Below, in pieces: positions 1-11,235 of a DNA stretch of 64,000 bases (its first letter is position 1; each line of letters begins with the position of its first letter). A program made the translations under genes and the position numbers. Origin of the DNA: an uncultured Candidatus Saccharibacteria bacterium (lineage in GTDB: Bacteria > Patescibacteriota > Minisyncoccia > Phycocordibacterales > UBA9973); the NCBI GenBank assembly GCA_964645245.1, contig CAZYBS010000003.1, positions 9,366 through 73,365 of the forward strand. Direction: 5' to 3'. Under the pieces are notes generated by a model. That model was not told the DNA's origin. It saw only the letters and a list, made by a program, of their open reading frames with translations, and searched no databases.

Positions 1-933
1 GAAAACAAACTTCTCGGCCATAAACTCACTCAAATTTGCGATGATCTCCAGGCGGGAGTTTCTATTTCCGGAGCGCTTTCTAAGCATCCAGACATATTTT
101 CAGATTTTTACATCAATATGGTTAAGGTAGGTGAAGAAACTGGCAAGCTCAATCAGACATTTTCACATTTGGCGGAATATTTAGATCGTCAATATTCTCT
201 TACTTCTAAGGCTAGAAACGCGCTCATTTATCCGGCTTTTGTTATTTTTACTTTTTTGGTAGTGATGAGTCTGATGTTTGTAGTTGTGATTCCAAAGCTT
301 TCCGCAATTATTCTGGACTCTGGCCAAGCAGTGCCCATTTATACTAAAATAGTCATTGCGCTTTCTAATTTTTTTGTTCACTATGGTTTTCTGGTTCTAA
401 TTTTTTTGGTACTTTTAGCTATTTGGGTTTGGCGATTATCTTCCACCGAGAAAGGGAAAGCCTATTTAGATAAAATGCGTCTCGCTACACCGCTCATCGG
501 CAATCTATATAAAAAGCTTTATCTTTCCAGAATAACGGACAATCTGAATACGATGCTTTCCTCCGGTGTTCCGATCGTCCGGGCGATAGATATTACCGCT
601 GATGTCGTCGGTAGCCGCGTATATAAAGAAATCTTAGGAGAAGTAGCGGATGGAGTAAAATCGGGCTTGGCTCTCTCGGCTGCATTTGAAAAACATGGAG
701 AAGAAATACCCGGTATTATGGTGCAGATGGTGACAGTCGGAGAAGAGACAGGTTCTTTGGGACCTATTTTAAAAACCTTAACTGATTTTTACAGGCGTGA
801 AGTAGATGACGCGGTTGATACATTGGTCGGTTTAGTAGAACCGATAATGATTGTGATTTTAGGTTTAGGGGTGGGAATACTTTTGGTCTCCGTTTTGATG
901 CCGATTTACAATCTGGCGGGGGGGATTAGCTAG
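1..933 (+). CDS. pilC: Type IV pilus assembly protein PilC / GspF-family inner membrane platform protein, C-terminal part (gene starts upstream of window)
   Basis: Frame 1 is open from nt 1 to the stop at 931-933. Translation ENKLLGHKLTQICDDLQAGVSISGALSKHPDIFSDFYINMVKVGEETGKL plus a second GspF repeat (MVQMVTVGEETGSLGPILKTLTDFY) and TM helices are typical of T2SS-F/PilC. Confidence 0.85.
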   Translation, partial: ENKLLGHKLTQICDDLQAGVSISGALSKHPDIFSDFYINMVKVGEETGKLNQTFSHLAEYLDRQYSLTSKARNALIYPAFVIFTFLVVMSLMFVVVIPKLSAIILDSGQAVPIYTKIVIALSNFFVHYGFLVLIFLVLLAIWVWRLSSTEKGKAYLDKMRLATPLIGNLYKKLYLSRITDNLNTMLSSGVPIVRAIDITADVVGSRVYKEILGEVADGVKSGLALSAAFEKHGEEIPGIMVQMVTVGEETGSLGPILKTLTDFYRREVDDAVDTLVGLVEPIMIVILGLGVGILLVSVLMPIYNLAGGIS

Positions 934-935
934 AA

Positions 936-1020
936 TCACCACCCCTTGCCCCTCCTCAATAAGGAGGGGAGGAATCCTCTCCTCCTTTGGTAAGGAGGAG
1001 CGCCCGAAGGGCGAGGTGGT
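936..1020. repeat. GC-rich multi-hairpin element (family A), intergenic copy. Hairpins CCCCTCCTcaataaGGAGGGG and CTCCTCCTttggtaaGGAGGAG, outer CACCAC...GTGGTG
   Basis: About 60% GC in an AT-rich context. Roughly 90% identical over the first ~50 nt to the in-frame insert in ligA at 7578-7660. The hairpin stems are visible by eye. Confidence 0.7.
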
Positions 1021-1114
1021 ATCTGTGGATAACTTTTTTGCGCATATGTTATAATTAGAAGATTAAAAATAAGTCGAAATTATTCCGCTATAGGCGGATA
1101 AAATTACAAATTTT

Positions 1115-1600
1115 ATGAAGAAAATGAATCTCAAAAAAGGTCTCGCCCATAGGTCTACGACCGAGGGATTTACATTAATTGAACTTTTAGTTGTTGTGGC
1201 GATCATTGGAATTTTGGCTTCAGTTGTGCTTGCGTCACTTAACACTGCGCGCGCCAAAGGCGCTAATGCGGCCATCAAAGCAAACTTGGCAAACATTAGA
1301 GCGCAGGCTGAACTTGTATACGACCAGACATCGCCTAATGGATATGGCCTTAATGCCAACACTGCCGGTGCTTGTCCGGCGGCAACAGCCGGCTCTCTTT
1401 TTGCTAATACAGTTATTACCAACGCAATTAATGCGGCGCTGACTGCATCCGGCGGAACAAGTTTATGCGCCTCCACCACATCCGCCTGGGTAGCCTCTGT
1501 TCAACTGAAAGTCGCGGAAGGAACAAACACCCACTGGTGTGTTGATTCAACTGGCGTTTCAACAGCCAAAGGAACAATTGCTGATGGCACAGATTGCTAG
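1115..1600 (+). CDS. Type IV pilin / pseudopilin (class III signal peptide, G|FTLIELLVVVAIIGILA)
   Basis: N-terminal prepilin motif KGLAHRSTTEG-FTLIELLVVVAIIGILASVVLASL with Glu at +5. Small secreted Ala/Thr-rich C-terminus with two Cys pairs. Confidence 0.8.
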   Translation: MKKMNLKKGLAHRSTTEGFTLIELLVVVAIIGILASVVLASLNTARAKGANAAIKANLANIRAQAELVYDQTSPNGYGLNANTAGACPAATAGSLFANTVITNAINAALTASGGTSLCASTTSAWVASVQLKVAEGTNTHWCVDSTGVSTAKGTIADGTDC

Positions 1601-1626
1601 TCTTTTTGGATTTTTTGAAACAAAAA

Positions 1627-1657
1627 ACCACCCCTACAGAGGTGGTTTTTTGTTTTT
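1627..1657 (+). terminator. Rho-independent terminator after pilin gene (CCACCCCTacagAGGTGG + T-run)
   Basis: Perfect stem ccacccct/aggggtgg followed by ttttttgttttt. Confidence 0.6.
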
Positions 1658-1737
1658 GTGGATGTGGTATAATACAGGTGTTTCTTATTATAATAATTTC
1701 CGCCAGAGGCGGATCAGCCTTTGGCTGAAACTTTTAT

Positions 1738-2229
1738 TTGACTATGAATATATTTAAAAAAGAGGCAGGTTTTACGTTGATTGAACTTTTGGTTGTCGTG
1801 GCGATTGTTGGTGTTTTGGCCAGTATTACTCTTGGGTACTTAGGCAGTGCTAAATTAAAAGGTTCCGATACAGGTGTAAAGAGTAATTTAGCCACCATGA
1901 GATCTGTCGCTGAGATTTTTTTTCTTGACAATTTTAATTCTTATTTACCTGTCGGAGGTTCAACTTTTAGCATTGCCCCTTGCCCGACTTATAATGCGTC
2001 CGGGACTAATATGTTGTCTAAAGATAAAGTTATAGCTAATGCCATAGCTGAAGCAACCTTTAGAGGCAATGGCAACTCTTGTTATAATTCCGATACTACT
2101 TGGGCTGTGGCTGTAGGCTTAAAACTAATACCGAACACTTCTTGGTGCGTAGATGTTACAGGCATAGCCAGAATGGTCAATTCTGATCCTTCGGGAGCTA
2201 TAAATGGCACCAGTTTTACTTGCAATTAG
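1738..2229 (+). CDS. Type IV pilin (second paralog, EAG|FTLIELLVVVAIVGVLA)
   Basis: Prepilin N-terminal methylation motif GFTLIELLVVVAIVGVLASITL. Size and Cys content fit a pilin. Confidence 0.8.
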   Translation: MTMNIFKKEAGFTLIELLVVVAIVGVLASITLGYLGSAKLKGSDTGVKSNLATMRSVAEIFFLDNFNSYLPVGGSTFSIAPCPTYNASGTNMLSKDKVIANAIAEATFRGNGNSCYNSDTTWAVAVGLKLIPNTSWCVDVTGIARMVNSDPSGAINGTSFTCN

Positions 2230-2240
2230 CGTAAGCTTAG

Positions 2241-3065
2241 ATGATAGCTATTCTTACAACCATCTTATTTATTTTGGGTCTGATTATCGGGAGTTTTTTA
2301 AATGTTGTAATTTGCCGACTCAATACAGCCAGATCTTTTGGCGGGAGAAGCGCGTGTATGTCTTGCCAAAACAAACTCCGTTGGTATGAGCTTATACCGC
2401 TAATTAGTTTTTTTGTACTTCGAGGCAGGTGTGGAACTTGTAGTACAAGAATTTCAACTACTTATCCGTTAGTTGAATTCATAACTGGCTTAATATTTGC
2501 CTTGCTTTTTTTGAAGTTGCAAGACGTTTTATTTTTTTCTGCATTAGTATTCACTATTACTTATGCATATTATGCAGTGATGTTTTCATTGCTCGTAGTT
2601 ATCGCAGTTTATGATTTAAGGCATAAAATAATTCCAGACATGCTTTCTTTTGTTTTTGGCGTTCTGGCATTCGTCGGCCTATTTTTCTTCCCCGCCACGG
2701 CGGGGCAAGCAAGCAATAATTTTTTTATTTTTCCTGTTTTTTCTTGGCATATTCCGTCAGTTTTGGAGTTTTTGTCGGGTGTATTTATAGGTTTACCTTT
2801 TGCTTTGTTTTGGCTGGTATCACGTGGTACTTGGATGGGATTGGGAGATGCCAAACTTGCCCTAGGCCTGGGATGGTTCCTGGGGACCTCCCTGGCATTC
2901 TCGGCTGTGGTGGTCGCTTTCTGGACTGGAGCTATAATAGGACTATGTTTTATTATTTTTAGGAAGGGCTATGGGATGAAAAGCGAAATTCCTTTTGCCT
3001 TGTATTTAGTTTTTGGCGCATTTTTAGTATTTATTTTTGACTTGAATCTTTTTGCTTATGTTTAA
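2241..3065 (+). CDS. pilD: Prepilin peptidase PilD (peptidase A24, N-terminal Cys-x2-Cys..Cys-x2-Cys zinc motif)
   Basis: LGLIIGSFLNVVICRL...CMSCQNKLRWYELIPLISFFVLRGRCGTCSTRIS and polytopic TM topology. Has an in-frame GC hairpin CCCCGCCacgGCGGGG at 2690-2705. Confidence 0.85.
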   Translation: MIAILTTILFILGLIIGSFLNVVICRLNTARSFGGRSACMSCQNKLRWYELIPLISFFVLRGRCGTCSTRISTTYPLVEFITGLIFALLFLKLQDVLFFSALVFTITYAYYAVMFSLLVVIAVYDLRHKIIPDMLSFVFGVLAFVGLFFFPATAGQASNNFFIFPVFSWHIPSVLEFLSGVFIGLPFALFWLVSRGTWMGLGDAKLALGLGWFLGTSLAFSAVVVAFWTGAIIGLCFIIFRKGYGMKSEIPFALYLVFGAFLVFIFDLNLFAYV

Positions 3066-4647
3066 ATTAATAAAAATACAAAATAATAAGAGGCCCGCCT
3101 GCTGGCAGGCAGGCATGAGCCTCACAGAACTGATTGTTGTTTTGGGTATTTTTTCTGTAATGACTTCTGTGGTTCTTTTCAATTACGGGGAATTTCAAGC
3201 AAAGGTGGATATTAAAAATTTGGCCAGTGATATTGCTCTAAAAGTTGTTGAAGCGCAAAAGTTATCTCTATCAGGTAAATTACCACCACCCGCGCAACAG
3301 GCTCTTATCACCTCTCCTTCAACCTGGAAGCCGTCTTATGGAGTTTACTTTAATCTAAATCCTATTTCTGAAAATAAGAACTTTATTTATTTTACTGATG
3401 TAGATCAGAATAAAGATTTTAATGACCCTGGCTGCGCCGGGAACGGTGAATGCCTGGAAAAAATTATTATTACAAAAGGAAACAGTATCTCTAGTTTGGA
3501 TGTTTTTTATCAAGGCGATATTACCCCTCATAATTTAAATGACTTGACTATAACTTTTACAAGGCCTAATTCAGGCGCAATTATAAAATCTTCGCAAATT
3601 ATTTTACCCCTAGCAACCCCCATCTCTTATGTTCAAGTATCTATAGTTTCACCCAAATCATCTACTGCTGCAATAAAAGTGTACTCTTCAGGCAGGATCC
3701 AAATAGAAAGTAATCCTCTCCCCCACGCCACGCCCTATACCACTCCTTATGCAACGCCCTATACCACTCCTTATGCAACGCCCTATACCACTCCATACGC
3801 TTATCAATATCAATATCAATATCAATATCAATATCAATACCAATACCAGTATCAATATCAAACTCCTTATGCATATCCGTATCCCACTCCTCCGCCTACG
3901 CCCACCATTACCTATAGCGGACCCACTTCCGGCACACATATAATTGGTTCCGGGCCTTTAAATCTAACCACCCCCGGCGCTTATACCATAACTGTTAATG
4001 TTAGTGCTTCAGTAATAGTAAAAGGTGTGGCTGGTGGTGGCGGTGGCCAGTCCGGCGGAAACGGCGGCGGCGGCGGTGCGTCTCATACCTCGGGTGTGGG
4101 CGTGACTCTTAATCCTGGGACAACTTATACGGCAAGGGTTGGAGCTGGTGGCGGCGTCAATGCCGATGGTGGGACGACGGAGTTTCTTCCGGGAGGATTT
4201 CAGCTTACCGGCGGTGGTAGTGGTGTTAATGGAGGTGCCGGGGGCATCGCCTCTGGCAGTGGTGAAAACGGGGGTAATGGCGGTGGCGGTGGTAGAACTA
4301 CTGATGGCGGTCAGGGTACTAGTGGCAAGAGCGGTGGGAGCGGCGGTCCTGGTGGTGGTGGTGGTGGTGGTGGCAACGATGAGCGTGGTCAAGAAGGCGG
4401 CGGTGGCGGTAGCGGGGGATCTGGCGGTGATCAGGGTGGCGCCGGCGGAGGTTCGAGTGGCGGACCCGGTGGTAGTGCATCCGGCAACGGCGGCGGCGGC
4501 GGTTGCTATACGTGCGGTAGTGGCGGTGGCGGTGGCGGTGGTAAGTCGCTTGCGGGAGGTTTTCGCGGCGGCGGCGGCGGCGGCGGTAGCGTCGGTGGTG
4601 GTGGTACTGGTGGTACTGGCGGTCAGGGTGCGTTAGTCATTCAATAA
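3058..4647 (+). CDS. Pseudopilin-like protein with Tyr/Pro tandem repeats and a ~200-aa Gly-rich C-terminal tail
   Basis: The leader MFKLIKIQNNKRPACWQAG|MSLTELIVVLGIF fits a class III signal. The track ORF begins at TTG 3052; ATG at 3058 is preferred. The body has (TPYTTPYATPY)x2.5 plus (YQ)x10, then GGGGGQSGGNGGGGG... to the end. Confidence 0.65.
   Translation: MFKLIKIQNNKRPACWQAGMSLTELIVVLGIFSVMTSVVLFNYGEFQAKVDIKNLASDIALKVVEAQKLSLSGKLPPPAQQALITSPSTWKPSYGVYFNLNPISENKNFIYFTDVDQNKDFNDPGCAGNGECLEKIIITKGNSISSLDVFYQGDITPHNLNDLTITFTRPNSGAIIKSSQIILPLATPISYVQVSIVSPKSSTAAIKVYSSGRIQIESNPLPHATPYTTPYATPYTTPYATPYTTPYAYQYQYQYQYQYQYQYQYQYQTPYAYPYPTPPPTPTITYSGPTSGTHIIGSGPLNLTTPGAYTITVNVSASVIVKGVAGGGGGQSGGNGGGGGASHTSGVGVTLNPGTTYTARVGAGGGVNADGGTTEFLPGGFQLTGGGSGVNGGAGGIASGSGENGGNGGGGGRTTDGGQGTSGKSGGSGGPGGGGGGGGNDERGQEGGGGGSGGSGGDQGGAGGGSSGGPGGSASGNGGGGGCYTCGSGGGGGGGKSLAGGFRGGGGGGGSVGGGGTGGTGGQGALVIQ
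3721..3870 (+). repeat. Coding tandem repeats: ~30-bp unit (acgccctataccactccttatgca) x ~2.5 followed by (tatcaa)n hexamer array of about 10 units
   Basis: Direct reading of 3721-3870. Encodes TPYTTPYATPY... and YQYQYQ. Potentially slippage-prone. Confidence 0.8.
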
Positions 4648-4649
4648 AC

Positions 4650-5255
4650 ATGGAAAAAGAATTTTTTCAAAAGATTAATAAGCGAAGAGGTTATACAATG
4701 GTAGAAACAATGATTGCTGTTTCTCTTTTTCTAGTTATTATTATGGCCGGCATGGGTGCTCTTTTAAATGCCAATTTACTTCACCAAAAATCGCAAAGTA
4801 TGCGCTCAATTATAGATAATTTGAGTTTCATTATGGAAGACATGTCCAGAAATTTAAGAACAGGCTATCGCTATCATTGCCTCGCGGGGAGTGATAATTT
4901 ATCCAATGTATCTACTCCCTTGTCCTGCGCCAATGGATGGGGAATAGCTTTTGAGTCTGCCAATGGCGCCCCTAGCAACAATAATGATCAGTGGGTTTAC
5001 TATATAGACAATACCGGTAAAATTTTTAAATCTACCCTGGGTCCTTATGTTGCGTCTAGTTTTGTCCAACTGACTCCGGATGAAGTTATGATTGATCAAA
5101 TGTCTTCTTTTTCAGTCTTGGGCGCCGAGCCGGTTTTAGGAAATCAACAACAGCCCTTTGTTAGTATTAGATTAATTGGCAAGATAACTTTTAAAAATGT
5201 TGTCACGCCTTTTTTCTTACAAACTTCAGTCTCTCAAAGATTGATAGATATATAA
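4650..5255 (+). CDS. Pseudopilin (prepilin-type N-terminus RRG|YTMVETMIAVSLFLVII)
   Basis: Class III signal with Glu at +5, in the pilus cluster. Confidence 0.65.
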   Translation: MEKEFFQKINKRRGYTMVETMIAVSLFLVIIMAGMGALLNANLLHQKSQSMRSIIDNLSFIMEDMSRNLRTGYRYHCLAGSDNLSNVSTPLSCANGWGIAFESANGAPSNNNDQWVYYIDNTGKIFKSTLGPYVASSFVQLTPDEVMIDQMSSFSVLGAEPVLGNQQQPFVSIRLIGKITFKNVVTPFFLQTSVSQRLIDI

Positions 5256-5256
5256 A

Positions 5257-5819
5257 ATGAAAAAAATTTATCAACAAAAGAATAAAGGTTTTACTCTTGT
5301 AGAAACGCTTGTTGCTATTTCAATTTTTACTATGTCAATTTTGGCTTTACTGGTAGTTCTGACTCAGGGTATTGCTAATACTAATTATGCCAAAACGAAA
5401 ATAATAGCCTCCTACTTAGCGCAGGAGGGCATTGAATATATCAGAAATATGCGTGACACTTTTGTGCTTTATGATGCAACTGACAGTCAGACTGGCTGGA
5501 ATAGTTTTAATAGTAAGCTTATAAACAGTTCATGCCAAATAGGCAACGGTTGCTACTTTGATGATCAAAATTTAAATTACGCAAATCCTGTACAGCCAAT
5601 GGCGGGAATCACCGTCAGTCCTTGTGGCGCATCTTGTCCTCCACTTTTATATGATGAAATAACAGGGAAATATGGTTACACGACGGGTGTAAACTCCGGT
5701 TTTACTCGGAAGGTTAAAATAACTGTTATTAGTCCTAATGAAATAAAAGTTTTTTCCACTCTCTATTGGACACAAAGTTCCGGGAGTTATAATATAGTTT
5801 TCTCCGAGAGTTTATTTAA

Positions 5820-5832
<13 letters not shown>
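5257..5832 (+). CDS. Minor pilin / pseudopilin (KG|FTLVETLVAISIFTMSILALL)
   Basis: Prepilin motif GFTLVE, Cys-containing C-terminal domain. Confidence 0.7.
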
Positions 5833-8393
<2,561 letters not shown>

Positions 8394-8394
<1 letters not shown>

Positions 8395-8681
8395 TGAGTA
8401 AGGAAAACCTAAAACATTTGACGGTTAAAATCTATGGCCGGGTGCAGGGAATTAATTTTCGCTCTTCGGCTAGGGAAGAAGCTGAAAACTTGAATATCAA
8501 AGGTTTTGTAAGGAATGAAAGAGATGACAGTGTACTTATTGAAGCCGAAGGCACGAAAGAAAATTTAGAAGAGCTTCTAGCCTGGTGTAAAAAGGGACCT
8601 CTGCGGGCCGAAGTTGAGAGAGTGGAAATTGAGGAAAAAGATATAGTGGGTTATAAAAATTTCGAGATTCAGTATAGCTAG
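8394..8681 (+). CDS. acyP: Acylphosphatase
   Basis: VKIYGRVQGINFRSSAREEAENLNIKGFVRNERDDSVLIEAEG has the VxGxVQGVxFR-type motif; ~95 aa. Confidence 0.8.
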
Positions 8682-8690
8682 CTCTCATTT

Positions 8691-8780
8691 TGGCGGAGGC
8701 GGTGAGATTTGAACTCACGAGACCCTTTCGAGCCTGCCACCTTTCCAAGGTGGTGCACTAGACCGCTATGCGACGCCTCC
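8691..8780 (-). tRNA. tRNA-Ser (anticodon GGA), class II with long variable arm; 3' CCA encoded
   Basis: Reverse complement reads GGAGGCG..CCACC-TTGGAAA-GGTGG..long arm..GTGAG-TTCAAAT-CTCAC-CGCCTCC-G-CCA. The acceptor stem is a perfect 7 bp. Confidence 0.85.
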
Positions 8781-8839
8781 AGTATCTCTTAATTTACACT
8801 ATTTTTCCCAAAAGGAAAGTTTTATGTTAAAATAAATTT

Positions 8840-9025
8840 ATGAACATATTTAAATCATTTACTTTAAAGTGGTGGCAAGGGAGTTTGTTTAAGATCGCAA
8901 TGATATCTCTTGGTGTCGCCATTGGTGCAACATGGTCGGAACTTTTTATGAGTTGGACTCCTATTCTGTGGTTACTTTCCATACTGCTAGCGATTTACAT
9001 TAGCTATATTTGGCTAAAACAATAA
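8840..9025 (+). CDS. Small hypothetical membrane protein (61 aa, 2 TM)
   Basis: ORF only; hydrophobic composition. Confidence 0.3.
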   Translation: MNIFKSFTLKWWQGSLFKIAMISLGVAIGATWSELFMSWTPILWLLSILLAIYISYIWLKQ

Positions 9026-9034
9026 AAATATTTT

Positions 9035-9547
9035 ATGAATCAAACAAATTTTGCTGAAAGTATGCTCAAGGGCCGGATGGCCGAAACTTTATTTGAGGAA
9101 TTAATGCACCAGTCTGGCAATATTATCTATCGTTTTGGCTATGAAGCAATTGTCCAAAACCTTGCCCAACTTGATAACAAGTTTGACCGTTACAGCGAAG
9201 TGGGAGAAAAAATCCGGGCAATCCCCGATTTTATTGTAGTTGATAAAAAAGGCAAGCCTGCTTTCGTGGAAGTAAAATTTCGGTGGAAACCAGAACTCCA
9301 CGAAAGCGACTATAAGATGCTTGAAAAAATAGATAAGTTTTGGAGCGCGAAGATTGTTTTTTTGAATTGCTGGGAGCAACCCTATTTCAGAGTTTGCGAC
9401 CCGCCGTACCTGGATAAGGCAAAGAAATTATTATTGAGACCACTATTGGATGAAGTCGATTGGAAGATTGATAAAAAAATCTACACCGAGTATGAAAATT
9501 TAGTTCATCGTTATCTAACTCCCACTCTCGTCCCGCCCAAGAAATAA
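9035..9547 (+). CDS. Hypothetical protein with PD-(D/E)XK nuclease-like motif (IPDFIVVDKKGKPAFVEVKFR)
   Basis: The spacing PD...(D)...E-V-K matches the restriction-endonuclease-like fold core. No further homology recognised. Confidence 0.45.
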   Translation: MNQTNFAESMLKGRMAETLFEELMHQSGNIIYRFGYEAIVQNLAQLDNKFDRYSEVGEKIRAIPDFIVVDKKGKPAFVEVKFRWKPELHESDYKMLEKIDKFWSAKIVFLNCWEQPYFRVCDPPYLDKAKKLLLRPLLDEVDWKIDKKIYTEYENLVHRYLTPTLVPPKK

Positions 9548-9585
9548 AAGTAGCCATTCGGTATAGATACAAGTATAATATCAAA

Positions 9586-9900
9586 ATGATAGAGAAAAAA
9601 AGTGGCAGTGGGGGGCCTGAATATTTGACACAAAAAATACCACCGGATGATTTTCGTTCCAGAATTCGGGAGATTGCAACAAACAACAAAAGCCCGCATC
9701 TAAGAGATATTGAGCTTTTATGCTTAGGTTATATGGACGAAGTATTATTCCAACGCTTTGAGAAAGGCAGGCTTACTCTGGCGGATATTGAAGTGCAGGA
9801 ACGCGTGCTTGCTGGATTATATGATGAACAAAGAATAAAGGCCTCTAAAAAGCTTTTGGCTTATATGCGCTCCGAACTCCTAAAAAAGGGAGGAATATAA
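9586..9900 (+). CDS. Hypothetical protein (104 aa)
   Basis: ORF with normal local codon usage; no motif recognised. Confidence 0.35.
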   Translation: MIEKKSGSGGPEYLTQKIPPDDFRSRIREIATNNKSPHLRDIELLCLGYMDEVLFQRFEKGRLTLADIEVQERVLAGLYDEQRIKASKKLLAYMRSELLKKGGI

Positions 9901-9919
9901 AATCCATAAGAAAATAACT

Positions 9920-10546
9920 ATGGCTATGTTTACTGACAGAAAAGATGCTGGAAGTCGCCTGGCGGAAAAGCTCTCGCAGTATCGCGGGAAAAATGCCGTG
10001 ATCCTGGCGCTTCCGCGGGGCGGGGTGATAATTGGATATGAAATCGCGCGAGCATTAAATCTTCCGCTGGATATTGTCGTCGTGCGCAAGATTGGGCATC
10101 CGACTAATCCCGAATACGCAATTTGCGCAGTAGACGAGAGAGGCTCGCTTTTATGCAATGAAGAAGAGGTTAAATCCGTTGATCCGGATTGGCTCAAAGA
10201 AGAAAGTCTGCACCAGAAAAATGAAGCATTGCGGCGCGTTACAGTGTACCGAGGTGGACGAATCCCAAAAGAGATTAGCAGGAAGACAGCCATATTGGTA
10301 GACGATGGCATTGCGACCGGTCTTACTATTCGTGCGGCAATAAAGTCAATTCGGAAAGAGAATCCCGAGGAGCTGGTCGTAGCGATTCCGGTTGCGCCTC
10401 ATGAAGTAATAATAGAGTTGCGTCAAGAGGCAGATGCGGTGATCGTTCTTGACGATGCTCGAGATTATCTTGGAGCCGTTGGAGCGTATTATTATAATTT
10501 TCCACAAGTGTCTGACCAAGAAGTGATTGAATTGTTAAAACAATAG
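9920..10546 (+). CDS. Putative phosphoribosyltransferase (COG1926-like stand-alone PRTase)
   Basis: RKDAGSRLAEKL...LALPRGGVIIGYEIARALNLPLDIVVVRKIG...ILVDDGIATGLTIRAAI...VVAIPVAP includes the PRPP-binding loop. Confidence 0.75.
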   Translation: MAMFTDRKDAGSRLAEKLSQYRGKNAVILALPRGGVIIGYEIARALNLPLDIVVVRKIGHPTNPEYAICAVDERGSLLCNEEEVKSVDPDWLKEESLHQKNEALRRVTVYRGGRIPKEISRKTAILVDDGIATGLTIRAAIKSIRKENPEELVVAIPVAPHEVIIELRQEADAVIVLDDARDYLGAVGAYYYNFPQVSDQEVIELLKQ

Positions 10547-10744
10547 GACTATCTATTATTTACATAACATACGCTATAGCGTAGGTAAGGTAAATGTGAT
10601 AAAAATATTTTGGAAAGATTTGTCTTTACTCCTCATTTGTTAATATAATCCTCGTATACTAGAGTTTTTGAATAAATATCTTTATGAATCTTGAAATAAT
10701 ATGACATCCTGCAAAATTTTAGTTTTTTGTAGTATAATGTTTAC

Positions 10745-11194
10745 ATGTCCATCCGCAATATAGATCTTGAGCTAATACATTTTTTTAGGCGGATTTCGGT
10801 TCCCGTCGCGCGTCTTGGTTTATTTGTGATTTTTTTCTATTTTGGTATTCTGAAAGTTATTGGCCTGTCTCCCGCCAGTGAATTAGTCCAGCAACTTTTT
10901 GAACAGATGATTCTTTTGATGGATTTTTCCACGTTCATTATTTTATTTGGTTTGCTGGAGATGCTGATTGGAATTCTTTTTCTTATTCGCGGTTTTGAAC
11001 GCATCGTCATTCCGCTTTTATTTATTCATATGATTACAACTTTTATGCCATTATTTATCTTACCCCAAGAAACCTGGAGTGGATTTTTGATACCCACACT
11101 GGAAGGGCAGTACATTATAAAGAATCTGGTTATTGTTGCGGCCGCCATCGGTATTGCCGCGCATTTACATCCTTTTCCAAGACAGAAATTATAA
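10745..11194 (+). CDS. Hypothetical integral membrane protein (4 TM)
   Basis: Hydrophobic ORF; preceded by TGn-TATAAT-like promoters. Confidence 0.45.
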   Translation: MSIRNIDLELIHFFRRISVPVARLGLFVIFFYFGILKVIGLSPASELVQQLFEQMILLMDFSTFIILFGLLEMLIGILFLIRGFERIVIPLLFIHMITTFMPLFILPQETWSGFLIPTLEGQYIIKNLVIVAAAIGIAAHLHPFPRQKL

Positions 11195-11235
11195 TTTTGT
11201 GTGATATGATAAATTAAAAATGCTAGAATGCATTC

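Noticed and set aside
1063-1479. Minus-strand 138-aa ORF and plus 83-aa ORF overlapping the first pilin gene
   Set aside because: The pilin reading frame carries the unmistakable prepilin motif. The overlapping ORFs are Ala-rich antisense artifacts.
4009-4636. Antisense and alternative-frame ORFs (4009-4392 minus, 4139-4636 plus, 3662-3939)
   Set aside because: They fall inside the (GGN)n and tandem-repeat region of the pseudopilin gene. Low-complexity repeats keep all frames open, and the products (poly-Thr, poly-Val/Ala) are not plausible proteins.
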